A DNA stretch of 64,000 nt, from contig JAYWIR010000018.1 in assembly GCA_036172245.1 (NCBI GenBank), positions 806,001 to 870,000 on the forward strand, read 5' to 3'. This DNA is from Raillietiella orientalis (taxonomy: Eukaryota). Made by a program: the position numbers and the translations under genes. Shown here piece after piece: positions 10,521 through 21,849 of the stretch; the first letter of the stretch is position 1, and every line of letters starts with the position of its first letter. The notes under the pieces were generated by a model, which worked only from the letters and a program-made list of their open reading frames with translations, searched no databases and was not told where the DNA came from.

Positions 10521-10574
10521 GGTAAGTATATAAGTGATGTGGCAGGATCAAACGTCCTGCCACAGACGTTTATT

Positions 10575-10606
10575 TTTTATAAATAAACGCCCCGGCGTGA
10601 CCAGAC
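10575..10606 (+). mobile_element. Displaced 3' terminus of a family B LINE (probably the end of copy B1)
   Basis: ttttataaataaacgccccggcgtgacc matches the termini of B2 (aataaacgccccggcg), B3 (26109) and B4 (53304). B1 lacks exactly this piece at 1335. Confidence 0.7.
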
Positions 10607-10790
10607 GTTAACCAGTGCCGTCATTCTGCGAGGGGGACTCGGAACCCACGACGCACCCCCCGTTTTCGGTGTCGATCCTTCCACGGGTGGGATTCGAACC
10701 CGTGACGCTTGGCACCGCGCGAGAACACCGCAGCCGCGCACGGCCGCCAACGCGTGCAGAATAGCTGGAGCCACGTGCTTCACAAGCATC
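10607..10790 (-). mobile_element. Family A LINE fragment (ORF2 C-terminus)
   Basis: Similar to 2495-2630: ttctgcacgcgttgg...cgggttcgaatccc...gcgtcgtgggttccgagt...ggcactggtt. Confidence 0.75.
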
Positions 10791-13429
10791 TTTTATCTTT
10801 CTGCCTGCCGCGCGACTTCTGAGCTACTTTCCCGTGGACCAGAAATGCCTTGGAAACGCTCCTTTCATCAAGGTCCGAAAGTCACGCAGCAACTTTCCTC
10901 TCCGAGAACGCGGTTCGTCGTGTCCGGCGGCTACGCTTGATGAATCTGAACGAACACAGGGGCTGGCGGCAAGCAGGGACCTTGGATACGTGTGGACCTG
11001 GACACGCTTTCCGAGCCGTCCCTAAACTCGATTCCGAGAGCATTCGATTCCAGGACGCGCCATGTCTTTCTCTGAAGCTGTGGCACATTTCGCAGCGACG
11101 TCTTCCCGATTTCGAAAGCCGTTCAAACAGGTGTGCCTTCCACCCCTCCTTTCTTCCCTCGCAAAAGAAGGGTGCGATGATGATCCGGACCTGCCAATCC
11201 GCACTCTTGCCAAAGGCCGGCTCGTGAAAGCGACAGCCCAACTCGGTCCGAGAACGCGATCCCCTTCGGTGGTACCGAGTTGGCATCGCTGCCTCAGCAG
11301 CCCGCACGCGTTCCCGACCAGACCGCCCTCGGCAATGCTCGCTCCGAGTGCCCACGCAAGCGAGACCTTTCCCGATGGAAGCACCTTTGCTCGGAGGAAG
11401 GCGGCGCAGGCGAACCTGCATGGGAAGGGAGTCAGAGGTCTGGTACCTGCAAGGGAGGCTGCCGGGCGCCGACAAGAGGACACGAGTGAGGATGGGGGGA
11501 GGGTACCCGTTACCTTGGAAACCTTCGTGGGTCGGGGTCGCTCCGTCGATGGGTGCTGCGTCACGGACGAAGAAGAGGTGAAGAGGGAAGCAGAAGCTAA
11601 GGGAGGCCCTCGGGACGAGCGGATCCTGAGGGAGATGAGCGGAGAAGTGCGAGGGAGAGGAGGGGCAGCGTGGAGGGAGATGGGATCGCCGACTCCAGCT
11701 CTTGCGTGGGCGCGGACAGCCGCAGCAGTGGCCGACGGTCATCAACTCCGAGGAGATTTCTCGTGCTCGGTGGACTGTCTTTTTACCCCAAGCTTCCGGA
11801 GTTCGCGCCCGTCGCGCACCTTCGAGCTGACGACCTGGTCCGGAGTCCCGCACGAGGTCCCGAGCAGACGGCTGCGCGCCCTCGAACTCTCCCGCCGTTC
11901 TTCCGCTCCCGCTGCTTTTTGTCCCTGCTCAATCCAATCCAGCAAAGATTCCTATCCTTCGCCACCGGGGACGACGGCAGCGTCCTATTCTTCTCCGGAA
12001 GAGACCTCCTATCGAATGACATCCACCAGAAAGAGAACCAGGAGTCTGGCATCTTGGAAATGCGGAATCTCCGGAAGACCCGCCCGCGCCGGGGTGCTCC
12101 TCACATGGAGCTCTCTCCGTGACAGCGGCTTCTCAGGGACTGCCTCCTCGGGAGGGAGGGGGGGAAGCGTTTGCCCCAAGCGTCCTGGGAGCCGAGTGAG
12201 CTCCGTATTCGGCCAAAGATGACCTCGCCCGCAGCGCTCCCTGCGCGAGCGACAACCGCGTGCTGCCCGGGCAGCACGTCGGCAGCCTCTCGGCCCTCTC
12301 ACAAGCAGTTTGGGCGCTCCGTGTCGCCTAAGGACGCTCAATAGTGCTCCGCCTCCGGGTAGCCCCGGGGCATTGTCGTGACAACGGACCTATTTTTAGA
12401 ACGCCCTCGCCGTCTCCTCGGTGCTTTAGCGGCGAATTCAGTCCCGGCGATCGTCTGCGCAATTGGATTTCTTCCGGGATCATCAAGGAGTCATTGCGCA
12501 AGGCATCTTCTTGCGCACCGCTCACACAAGACACGAGTTTCTTTCGAGAGCGGAAAAAAAGAAAACAGAATGTCGGTTGATTGTTTCACTTTCGCATCAT
12601 TTGAAGGATTACAAGGGAGGAGGGGGGAGGGGAAGCACACGCCCAATTAAAAAAAAAAAAAATTAAAATTCTCGTTAATGGACTCTTGAAAAAGGGCATC
12701 GGATCGTCGACGGAGGTGTTTGTTCTAGGTTTGTCGTCGATGATAAAGGGAAGGGCGATTATCGTATCAGCTGCGAAGATGTTTCCTCTCAGTCGTAATT
12801 TATTTCTTGAAAACAATCCACTCTTTTTCCGATGCGAACACTCGACGGTTTAATCCAAGGGGATTGCGTTTATCCTTATTAAGTTTATATCCCGCGGGGC
12901 TCTTGGAAAACGCGAAATCTTGCCCCCTCCCCCCTTCCCCCCCATCCTTCCCCAGTTCCATCCACTTGCAGAGGTGGAATTTTCATCTTCAGTTCAAACG
13001 CGCAGCGCGCCGCACCAGAAAGGCTGGACGCGAGAATATCTCGTCTCGGTTCGTGAAAGCGGATCCGCGTAATCTCTGGGAGCTCTGATGTCTGGGTGAC
13101 ACGACCGAAGCAATCAGCTTCCGAATCTGCACCATCGACACGCGCAGCTCCATTCCACTCGTCCATGGAAGATCGGGTTTTTGTTCCCCTCCCCCTCCTC
13201 CTCCCCTGCATACGCCAGCCTTCCTCGCGCGCGCGCAGACAAGTCTGCTCATGAAGGCTGAATCAGGAAGCTCAAACAGCCACAGGGCTTTCGAAATATG
13301 CAGACACCTTTCCGTGCATCTCTCTGGTACCTTCATGCCGCAAGACGTTCGTGTTTCAAAATTTATTTCCACGAGTGCATTCTAATGGTTCCCACGTGGT
13401 CCCTTCGGGGTTCCTCATTGTCACAAAGA

Positions 13430-13720
13430 GACAAACTGTAAACATTCAATGTAAACGTACGACATTGTCCCTGGGTGAGTTCGCCGGCACAAGGAAGACC
13501 ACCGACTCGTAGGTCGGCTTCTGCCAAGCACCGAGGCGTGGCTGAAGGTCGCACAGTAAATCAGTGCAGCGAGATCATGCGCCCATGGAAGGAAGGGGGG
13601 AGGAAGGGGGTCGCCCGCGCTCGGCACAGGGCGGCGCGGGTTCGAATCGCCCCCATAAGGACGCTCTCTCACAGAGCTGGACGCGTCGTGGGAGTTCCTC
13701 CGCAAGATGACGCTGGGATG
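13430..13720 (+). mobile_element. Family A LINE fragment (ORF2 C-terminus)
   Basis: Contains gcgcgggttcgaatc and ctccgcaagatgacgctgg, shared with 20200-20295. Left boundary uncertain. Confidence 0.65.
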
Positions 13721-13744
13721 GTCTTCCAGGCTTCTGTTGAGCAT

Positions 13745-14230
13745 CGGTCTTGCACTTTGGAGAAGTATCCACCAGCTCCATGGTACGAGATGGAGGGTCT
13801 CCCCCAGCCACCGCCACCCCCCAGAATGGGGGGTGGCGGTGGCTCCATTTTCACAACCGGAAGGGAACCCCGAAAGGCTCCTTGGTGTCCTGGGAGAACC
13901 CCGGAGGGCCAACTTGCAAATCCTGGTCAGTCAACGGGAGCACCCAGGGGTTTCCGTCTTCCACCATGCCGCACCCGAAATTCGTGTGCTAACGAGCGTC
14001 ATCTTGCGGAGCGGGGCTCGAAACCCACGACATGCACCCTCGTTCTCGGCCTCGATCCTTCCCCGTAAGGGATTCGAACCCGCGACGTTCGGCGCCACGA
14101 GCGGAGATAGCAGGCACGCGGCCGCCAGAGCGGGCTCCCACGTGGAGACGCTGTTCGATGGGTCCCTGAGGGATGCAGCAACTCTTCTTGAGTACTTGGC
14201 GAACCACGGGTCGTCCTCGAGGGTCCTCTG
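13745..14230 (-). mobile_element. Family A LINE fragment (ORF2 C-terminus and start of 3' UTR)
   Basis: The reverse complement matches 10630-10750 and 20200-20495, e.g. gaccctccatctcgtaccatggagctggtg vs gaccctccgtctcgtaccatggagctggtg. Confidence 0.75.
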
Positions 14231-17200
14231 TATCCCGTCAGAAATGGGAGTTTCGCTCCTCTTTGGTTCTTCTGCGCAGTGAGCTCCTCTCGTCGTGATC
14301 CTCGGCGGGGCTTCCCTGACCTGCCGTTCTTCTCTGTGCTCCGTGACTCGCCGTTTCCAAGGCTACGGGGCGAGACGTCGCTGCGATGGCGACGGGCAGC
14401 AGTTCGCCACGCTTCAAGAGGCCCCTCACTGCGGGTGTGTCTCCCAGGTGCACGGAGCCGCCTCTCGGTGCCCTGCCCGCCGGCGGTGAAGGGCACCGCA
14501 GCCGAATAGCAGGTGCGAAGAACACGAGTTTGCGCACCTGGCGCGGCACTCCTCTTGGCCTAATAGTGCCGGAGGCCGTTGCACGTAAAGGCCCGGTGCG
14601 AGGGCAGAGTCTCCGCTTGAAGAGGGGGAGCGTGGAATTTCCCGTGTCCCACCACATCTTCCGGAGGAATTCCCAGGGGGTTCCCCCGAGCGGATTAGCT
14701 CTCGGAATCGCTGGCCCCTGAACAATCCCCTAGGAGTATCTTTGCTGCTGCTCTCCCTCAGGACGTCCACCCATCCCGCTCCCTTTCTCTCGCATAGGGA
14801 GGGTAGCGTTGCAGTCAGGGCTGCGGACCCATTCGGCTCACGACCTCCTTTATTCTCGAAATTTTCCGCGGATCAGGCAGGATCTCCTCGAGAAGGGTCT
14901 TCTGATGGTGTGAGGCGAGAGCGGGAAGTCAGTTGAACTGATCTTTCATAGCTTCGCTGTTCCCTCATCATCTCCTCGTTCTCTCGTGTCTTCGCTTCTT
15001 GCACTTCCCACCAGTGAAGCGAACAAAGAATGCAGAGTGGCTCAGGAGCGACCGTTTCCCCGAGAGCACGTCAGGTGGACGTGCATGAAGCGGACCTGCA
15101 TTCTTCGCCGAAATCGTTGCAGGGATACCACGTGTTCTGCGGGAATTGACTGCTTCTTGTTGCACCGCCGCAGCGATGCAACAGGACTTTGAAAACAGGG
15201 CGTGAGTACGAAAGAGAACCTCGAGAACTTGTGCGTGGGAGAACCAGAATGAAACCACAACGTGGTCAGATGGGTCCAACGGCGTTCCATTCCTTTTTTT
15301 CGTTTGCTTTCAAACGACAACAAGCACCTTTCAAAGAGAAGAATCGAAAATATGGCCCCCCTTCGAACGCGTGCGTGGCGCTGCCGCAACCATCGCAAGG
15401 ATCCCATCCTCTCGATTACGGGGCCGTTCGGTCTCCGCGTCCCAAAACTGCGCTAAGGACGGGTCGAGAACACCTTGGAGATCCCTCTGGAGAATAGGGA
15501 ACGTCACTTTCACCAGGAACGCCTTGGTTTCAGGCAGTCAACCTTCTCACCCCGGGATGCCGGCCCATTTGCCCGAAATAAATTAATAATCATCGCCGAG
15601 AAAGTCCGAGAAAACGCTCGATGAGGAGGAGGAGGAGAAAGCGGCTTACTTCACCATTTCCACACCCCACCGCCTGAGGGGTGCTGCCCTCAGCTGGCAA
15701 CTCTGCGTCTAAGCTGTCGAAGATCGGTCCCCTGCTTCTTTCCCATCCGCTTCCCCACGTCGCGGGAGCAGGAGGGTCCGTCCCATTTTGGGTGTTCGGT
15801 TCCCGGTGACGAAACCTCGACGCCGACTCTCTGCCTCCGGCGCCGAGGTGTATGCGGCGTCTCCGAACCCGCGCCTCCGTGTCCTTTCCGTCCAAGGTCG
15901 TTGGTAGGACCACGTTGCCAGAAGCCTCTACGCCTGTCGAACGGATCGCCTCTTCTTGCGAATGAATCTTCCAGCTCGTCTGCGGGTCGTGCGGAGCAAA
16001 AAGTGACAAAGTGCAAAAAGTTGACACTGTTGTCGCACGGTCTTGGCGATGCCACGAGGAATTCGCTCGCTGGGCATGCGGATAGCGCCATCGCGGTGTT
16101 TGCTCTTCTTCTCATGCTCCCGAGCCGGCCTGAATGCTTGCGGGGTGTTCGCGGCTCAGGACGATGGCCCGGTCTCTTGTTCGCGACAGGATGTCCGGGC
16201 GCAGCTGCCAGTCGACGCGTTGCTCCTGTTTCTCGTTCTTCGAGAGACCGTCCCCCGCACTCCTCCCCCCATCTTCCGTGAGCTGCCTTCGCCGTTAGCT
16301 TGACAGCCGCGTCGCGCCGTTGCATGGAGACGCGCGAAGGCCACCGGCGGAGGTTTTTCGCACGTGCGGCAGCCTCTCGTCTCGTGCCACGCGTGCGCGG
16401 CGTGTTCGATCTTCGTCTGGTCTTCCGGCGCCCCCTCTCGCGGCCGGCAGGTTCAGCCGCATGCATAAATCTGCAGCCCGACAATCGTAGGTAGGTTCCG
16501 GAAAATGGGCAGTGAAACGATGAGCCATGTAATGCCACGCATGGCATCGCTTTCCCTCGATCCGGATACCCTTCGAGTGGAGGTTTCCCATGCCTCGTTG
16601 CTAAGGAACGCGCACACATGGGTTGATGCACGATGTGGTATCGTGAGGGTCCGCCACGCGCCAGTCCGAAGCGAAAGCGTCCAAAGCTCCACCAGGGAGA
16701 GAACAGGGAGGCCCCTCCCTGAGAAGTGGATGGGAAGAGCTAATCAGTTAGCAAATGCGGCGAGGTGAACCAGCAGCGTGGTGATGAACGGAATTCCCGA
16801 GTCCCGGTCCGGACGGAGGCTGGAAAGGGCCAGGGAAATGGGATGGACTCATGGTTTCCGGACTGGCCTGACCAGAGTGGTCCCGAGTACTTCTCATTAC
16901 CCCGGCTTGGGCCGTCTCGTTGCATTCCGCGCGGGCGTTGAATTTCTCTTTCCCTAGTCCGAAACACTCTGGAAGAGTCACATGGACATCTTGAATGATA
17001 AGCCGAAAACTATCGATACCGGAGGTCAACCGGAACCTCGTCAGGACCTGGTCCTCCAGAACGGCAGTTGAGTCACCGCACCCGATGTATCCTACCCTTG
17101 CGGGAATTTGGAGACGGATTTGGAGGAAGCAGGAGTAAAGGAGGGTGACAAGCATCGACGCTCTTCCCTGCTCATCCAGACGAATGCCAGCGTTGGTGCG

Positions 17201-17359
17201 AGAGCTGAAGCCTGGGACCCGAAGAACGAAGGAGGTGCGCAAGCAGCGAGCGCAGTGTTTGCGATGGGAGCTAGCGGCTTCCTCTCACCATCCTCTTGAC
17301 GGGTAGGAACTCCACCACTGTCATCCCGTGAGTTCTCGGCAGCGCGCAAGGGCCCCTGG

Positions 17360-17940
17360 TCTCCTCTTCCTGTTTCTCTCCTCTTCTTCCTCCTCTCCTC
17401 CCCCTCCTACTCCTCCTTCTCTCCTTCTTTCCTCTCCCCCCTCCTCCTCGAAGACGTCCCCGTCAGAAAGCTGCGTTTCCAGATGTTCTCCTCCGACGTC
17501 CCCATCTCGACTAAGGAAACCAGGTGGCTCACTGGGATGCCCTCTCTCTCGAGCATGCTTTTCTTGTGCGGGTTTCGGAGGCTGCTCTCCTGGTACTCGT
17601 CGCCGACCGCCTCACCCTCCGACTCCGTCTCCGGGCGCGCCGCCACGGCAATCATCACCATCAGGCTCTCCACCCCCTCCTCCTCTTCCTCGTGGACCAC
17701 GATCCTGCCCAGGAACTTGCAGGCGTCCAGTGCGGTCTCGTGCACTCGGTGAGCCCCAGCACGCAGTTGTCGATCTTCTGCAGCCCGGGGTTGTTCGCTG
17801 GCCTGTCGCCCCCCTACAGTGCCTTGGTGATGTCCACTGCGAACGGCTCCCCGGAGAACGACTTGTGCAGCAGCAGCAGCTTGGCGTCCTCCACGAAGCT
17901 CAGGAACGCCACGCATAGGCGGCTTGAGGTCGGGACATGT
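17360..17940 (-). pseudogene. Decayed intronless coding sequence of unknown function, copy 1
   Basis: Strongly GC3-biased codons give CVAFLSFVEDAKLLLLHKSFSGEPFAVDITKAL*...NNPGLQKIDNCVLG...ACKFLGRIVVHEEEEE...GDEYQESSLRNPHKKSMLEREGIPVSHLVSLVEMGTSEENIWKRSF. Inverted paralogue at 24130-24700. Confidence 0.6.
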
Positions 17941-19181
17941 CGGCTTCTCCTCAGACGTCCGAGGTGACTTCAGGCTCCCGCAGAGGGCCTCAGAAGAGGG
18001 AACACTTCCTTCTCCTGCTTCGCGCCACCGTGGTTCTCGGCCTTCCTTCGTGAAGGGAACTTCGGCGCCCGTCCGACGTAGGAAGGGGAGGAGGGAGGAA
18101 AGGGGTGGCAGCAAAGGAAAGGATAGTTCTTGGGGGAAGCCGCTTTTTGCGGAGGTCCCAATGGAATCTAAGGGGAACGTACGCTGGCACATCTTCCCAG
18201 CGGACCTTGTCCGCCGAGTCTAGGTGTTCCGGGATGTGCCTCTTCTCCCCGCGACGCGCGCGTCGCTGCCTCCAGGGCGCTAACTCCGAAAGTTGCGGAG
18301 AGGAGTGGGTGTGGGGGGCGATGGGCGAGCCACCCATCTGCGAGATCGCTGCAGGGCAGTTGCGGGAGTTTCACTCGATCGGAGCTCCGTCCCCCGGACA
18401 CACCAAGGAGGAGAATGGCACGCACCAAGCGGACTCCCTTCCTCCGGGAAGTCCACGTGGAGACAGCGGCTTTCTAGGAGAGGGAAAGGGCTGACCTGCG
18501 GGAAGATTAGAATGGGGGAGATACCCTCAGGGGGCGGAGCGTGCACACGTCAGGCCCGCTGCGAGGCGCGGCAACGCGGACCCTGCTGTCCTGAGGAAAG
18601 GGTGAGGCGAGGGACTCCCGTTTTCCCAGAGCACGAATCGCCCCCTGGAGCTCTGGAGAGGTTTCGCGCCGGCTCCCCCGTCCATGGCACAGGAAAGGAA
18701 CGCGCGAAAGCGACGCTATCTTTTCTCGCATCTTTTCTTCTTCCTAGAGCGCGCGTGAGGAACATCCAAATTCCAGGGAGCCATCAGCTGCTCCCTCCGA
18801 TCACTTTTCCCTTCCCATCCCCTTCGAAAACCCGTGACGCGCACGAAAATTCTTGCGTTCCCGGAACGGCACAAGAAGAGGATTTCGCGTTTCCACTCGG
18901 TCACGCATTTACACTCGTTAAGCGAACAGACGAGTCGGGAACCAGGATCTTCAAGGAACGCAGCAGGAATTTCTCAAGGAGGGGTCAGCGACACGCAGGT
19001 CGGTCTCATAGGAAGCCCGGAGCAGAAGGGGACGCGATGAGCAAGCAGAGGAAAGAAAAAAAGAGGTAGGGAATTGGGGTGGGGGATCTCTGGCATCGTC
19101 CACTCTTTTCTCCCTGGAGTCTGATGTAGGCGGCTGATGCGACATGGCGGAGCAGATGCGGCACGACGTCACCAACATGGG

Positions 19182-19900
19182 TCTCAACACGGTCGCACCG
19201 GGACGCTTATTGAAAGAGATAAACCAACAGAGCATCGGGGACGCGATCCCGGAGGGGCAAAGAAAAGTTCGTGGGGTCGGATCGCTGACACGTGAGTCTG
19301 TTGATGAAAGAGTGCAGAGTGGGAGGAGAGGGCACAATAAACGTATCAAAAAGGGAGAGTAGGGACTTAAGGACTTGAGGGCAAGCGATGACACAATCGT
19401 GAGCCCGCGATGTGCATCCCCAAGCCGCTGAGGAAGGAGCACCGTGGTGTTCAGCGGGCCCAGTCGGGAAGAGGGAATTTCCTGCAACGGACGAAGGGGA
19501 ATCGCCGATCATGCATGGATGCTGTCGACGGAATCCCCACTCGGTCTGTTCCGGTTCTGTGGAAGCATCGTTTGGCCAGCACTGTCGCCCGCGGGGCCGG
19601 ACGGGAACGAAGGAGGGGAAACTCGCACCAAAGTTTCCAATTGGGTGCACCTGCAAGTTCGGTGGAATGGTCCTGGGAGCACCTGAACGCTTCCCGAACG
19701 CAGCTGCGCGATCCGGAAATTCCCCTGTCATCTCATGTGCCATGTGGATGCTGAGAAAAAAGAGGCAGGAGGGAGAGGGGGAGGCAACGCGTCTGAAAGC
19801 CGATAGCACTCTTAATTGTGGGTTGATTCCAGCCTTGAATCCCGTGAGCCAAGGTCCCGCTGAGGTCGACACGCAGCAGACTACACTGAAACACAATCGA
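19182..19900 (-). mobile_element. Degenerate LINE 3' fragment with a family B-like terminus
   Basis: RTCRCTQLETLVRV (eroded CCHC-like), a pyrimidine-rich UTR and the terminus AATAAG-cgtcccggtgcgaccg. Confidence 0.5.
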
Positions 19901-20129
19901 TCAGCTGTCCCATTCCGGGAAACACCTGAGCTGACTCAGAAGGAGGAAGGAAAATGAAAATAAACAGGGATTGCGTCTCCCAAGCTACCAGATCCGTTTA
20001 ACGAGAATGAGAGGGAGGGGGAGGGGAAGAGGAAGGGAAGAAAATGGATGCTGACTCTGAGGAGGTCGAATCGTCATTAAAGAAACCGTGTTGATGCCGG
20101 AGAAACGGATCTGAGATGCCATTGGAAAA

Positions 20130-20790
20130 AAATGCCCGCGTCTGAGGTGCCCAGGTCGGAAGCCACGTGGTCACGGTCTCCGCGCGTGGCACCACCAAGC
20201 ATCGCGGGTTCGAATTCTCGGCAAGAATCAACTCTGAGTGGAGATTGGGGGAGGTGCATCGTGGATTCGAATTCCCTCCGCAAGATGACGCTGGTTGGCC
20301 TGCATTCATTCGGGCACTGGTAGAGGTTCAAACCTGATGCCCCCGATGAGTGGCTAGGACAATGGGAGTCGACCTCCGGGCCCTTCCAGGAATCAAGGAA
20401 TGGGGTTCTCCTCCAGTTGTGCAAAGGAGCGGACCCTCCCCTTCGGGGGGGGACCCTCCGTCTCGTACCATGGAGCTGGTGTGTTACCTCTCCAGAGGGC
20501 AGAGAAGCGCGCCACTTCCTTCGTGGGGTGACCTGAGAAATTTCGGAAGCTCCCTTCGGGGTTCTCTTCAGAGGAGCATACAGAGAGCGGTTCCCTTGCG
20601 GGTTCCCTTCGGAGAAGAAGAATGAAGCGGACCCCTCCAGGGGTCCCTTCGTGGAAGGAGACCAGGGTGGAGGTTCCCTTCGGGGATCCCTACCCAGGCT
20701 CGAGAGGGACGGTCTCTCTTCTCCGAAGCCCTTCCTGGATTCATAGGGTGGCTCCCTTCCGGGGTGCCCCCTATCTTGAAGAATAAAAAA
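20130..20790 (+). mobile_element. 5'-truncated family A LINE: ORF2 C-terminus and 3' UTR
   Basis: Colinear with the reverse complement of 1890-2600 (cccccgat, acaatgggag, ccttccaggaat, ccttcctggattcataggg, tgccccctatc). Ends in aataaaaaa at 20782-20790. Confidence 0.85.
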
Positions 20791-21849
20791 CTCATTCCAG
20801 CTCGAACCTCGGATGACGAAGAGCGAAATCGGGAAGCGCGCGCCCTGCGCAACAGTGCGCGCGGAGGGCAGGTTGCCGCCACCTCCGGTTTTCCAGAGCT
20901 GTTAAAGAGACCCGAGGCTGAGGAAAACTTCGGAGATAGATGATTTGTGCGGAGGAACAAGAAACAGGGAGGGAGGACAAAGTTCTCCGGGAAGCCAAGG
21001 AAACAGGCGGTCGGCGGAGACCAAGAATGCGCGCGCGCACTTCGGACGTGCCATTCCGGGCTCTCAGAGGAACGGTTCCGCACTTTGCATCTTATGGAAT
21101 TGGCGCCAAGGCGTGTGACCTGCTCTCATCACGGATTCCCGGGTCCTTCATTTGAAATGAATAAATAAAAATTCACACAGCTGGAGGCGGTACCGACACG
21201 GGCAGCCCCCAAACAAAAGGGATTATCCTCATCGGGGACACAGCCAGGGAGGAGTGGGTTGGGAGGAGTTTTCAATAAATCGATGGGGAGGGGGGGTAAT
21301 CTCTCTCGTTCAGGGAAGCGATGAAGGGGAGGAGACGACGAATACGAAAGGGAGGACGTCGATGAGTCGACAGCAGATTGGAGGTGGTCAGTGCCGTGTT
21401 TCTGGGGTCGGACGTGCCAGAGCTCCAACATGTCCGCTCTTCTGCGCCACGGACAGGGACAGTGCATGCCGGTCCATTCTCCCTCACAGCGAAATGCACC
21501 CAAGACGCAGGAATATCAGTGCAGCCTTCAGGCTCTTGCGGTAGTGGTGGTGCAGCACCCGTCTGCAGAATCGGAATATCCAAACGCAAGGAAGTTGGTT
21601 GAATCCCAGGGGGAGGGGACGGAAAATTCGTCCGGGGACCAACCGAGCCCACTTCGGGAGGAGCGCCCTCAGCAGGGAAAGCCACGACAACGGGAGCAAA
21701 GGCAGCGCGTTCGTCCTCGCTGATGTAGCGGGCGGACGCTCTGGCTGACATTGCGAGGAGAAGAACTCGAAAACGGGAAAACAAGGGGGAAAACAGGAAC
21801 GATCCCTGGAAAAGTTCGCAAGACGTTCGCACCCTCAGCAACCGTCTCT

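Larger units (their letters stand above)
1750..10568 (-). mobile_element. Full-length decayed L1/Tx1-type non-LTR retrotransposon ('family A'), interrupted by a 3.2-kb nested insertion (4469-7646)
   Basis: In order on the minus strand: 5' leader, ORF1 with zinc knuckles, APE endonuclease, RT (split at QWRPI), CCHC finger, 3' UTR, A13 run and AATAAA. Flanked by GTTTATT at 1750-1756 and 10568-10574 (candidate TSD). That the two halves belong to one element is an inference. Confidence 0.8.

Noticed and set aside
11900..12220. Possible pogo/Tigger transposase remnant (RLLVL...DAAVVPGG, minus strand)
   Set aside because: The expected LQPLD motif and catalytic residues are not recognisable and I found no TIRs.
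11062..12222. 386-aa plus-strand ORF
   Set aside because: Low-complexity GC-driven composition, overlapping antisense ORFs and no recognisable motif.
16750..17300. Possible eroded RT fragment on the minus strand (QG...LSP-like)
   Set aside because: The motifs need several frameshifts and no YxDD is visible. Too weak to call.
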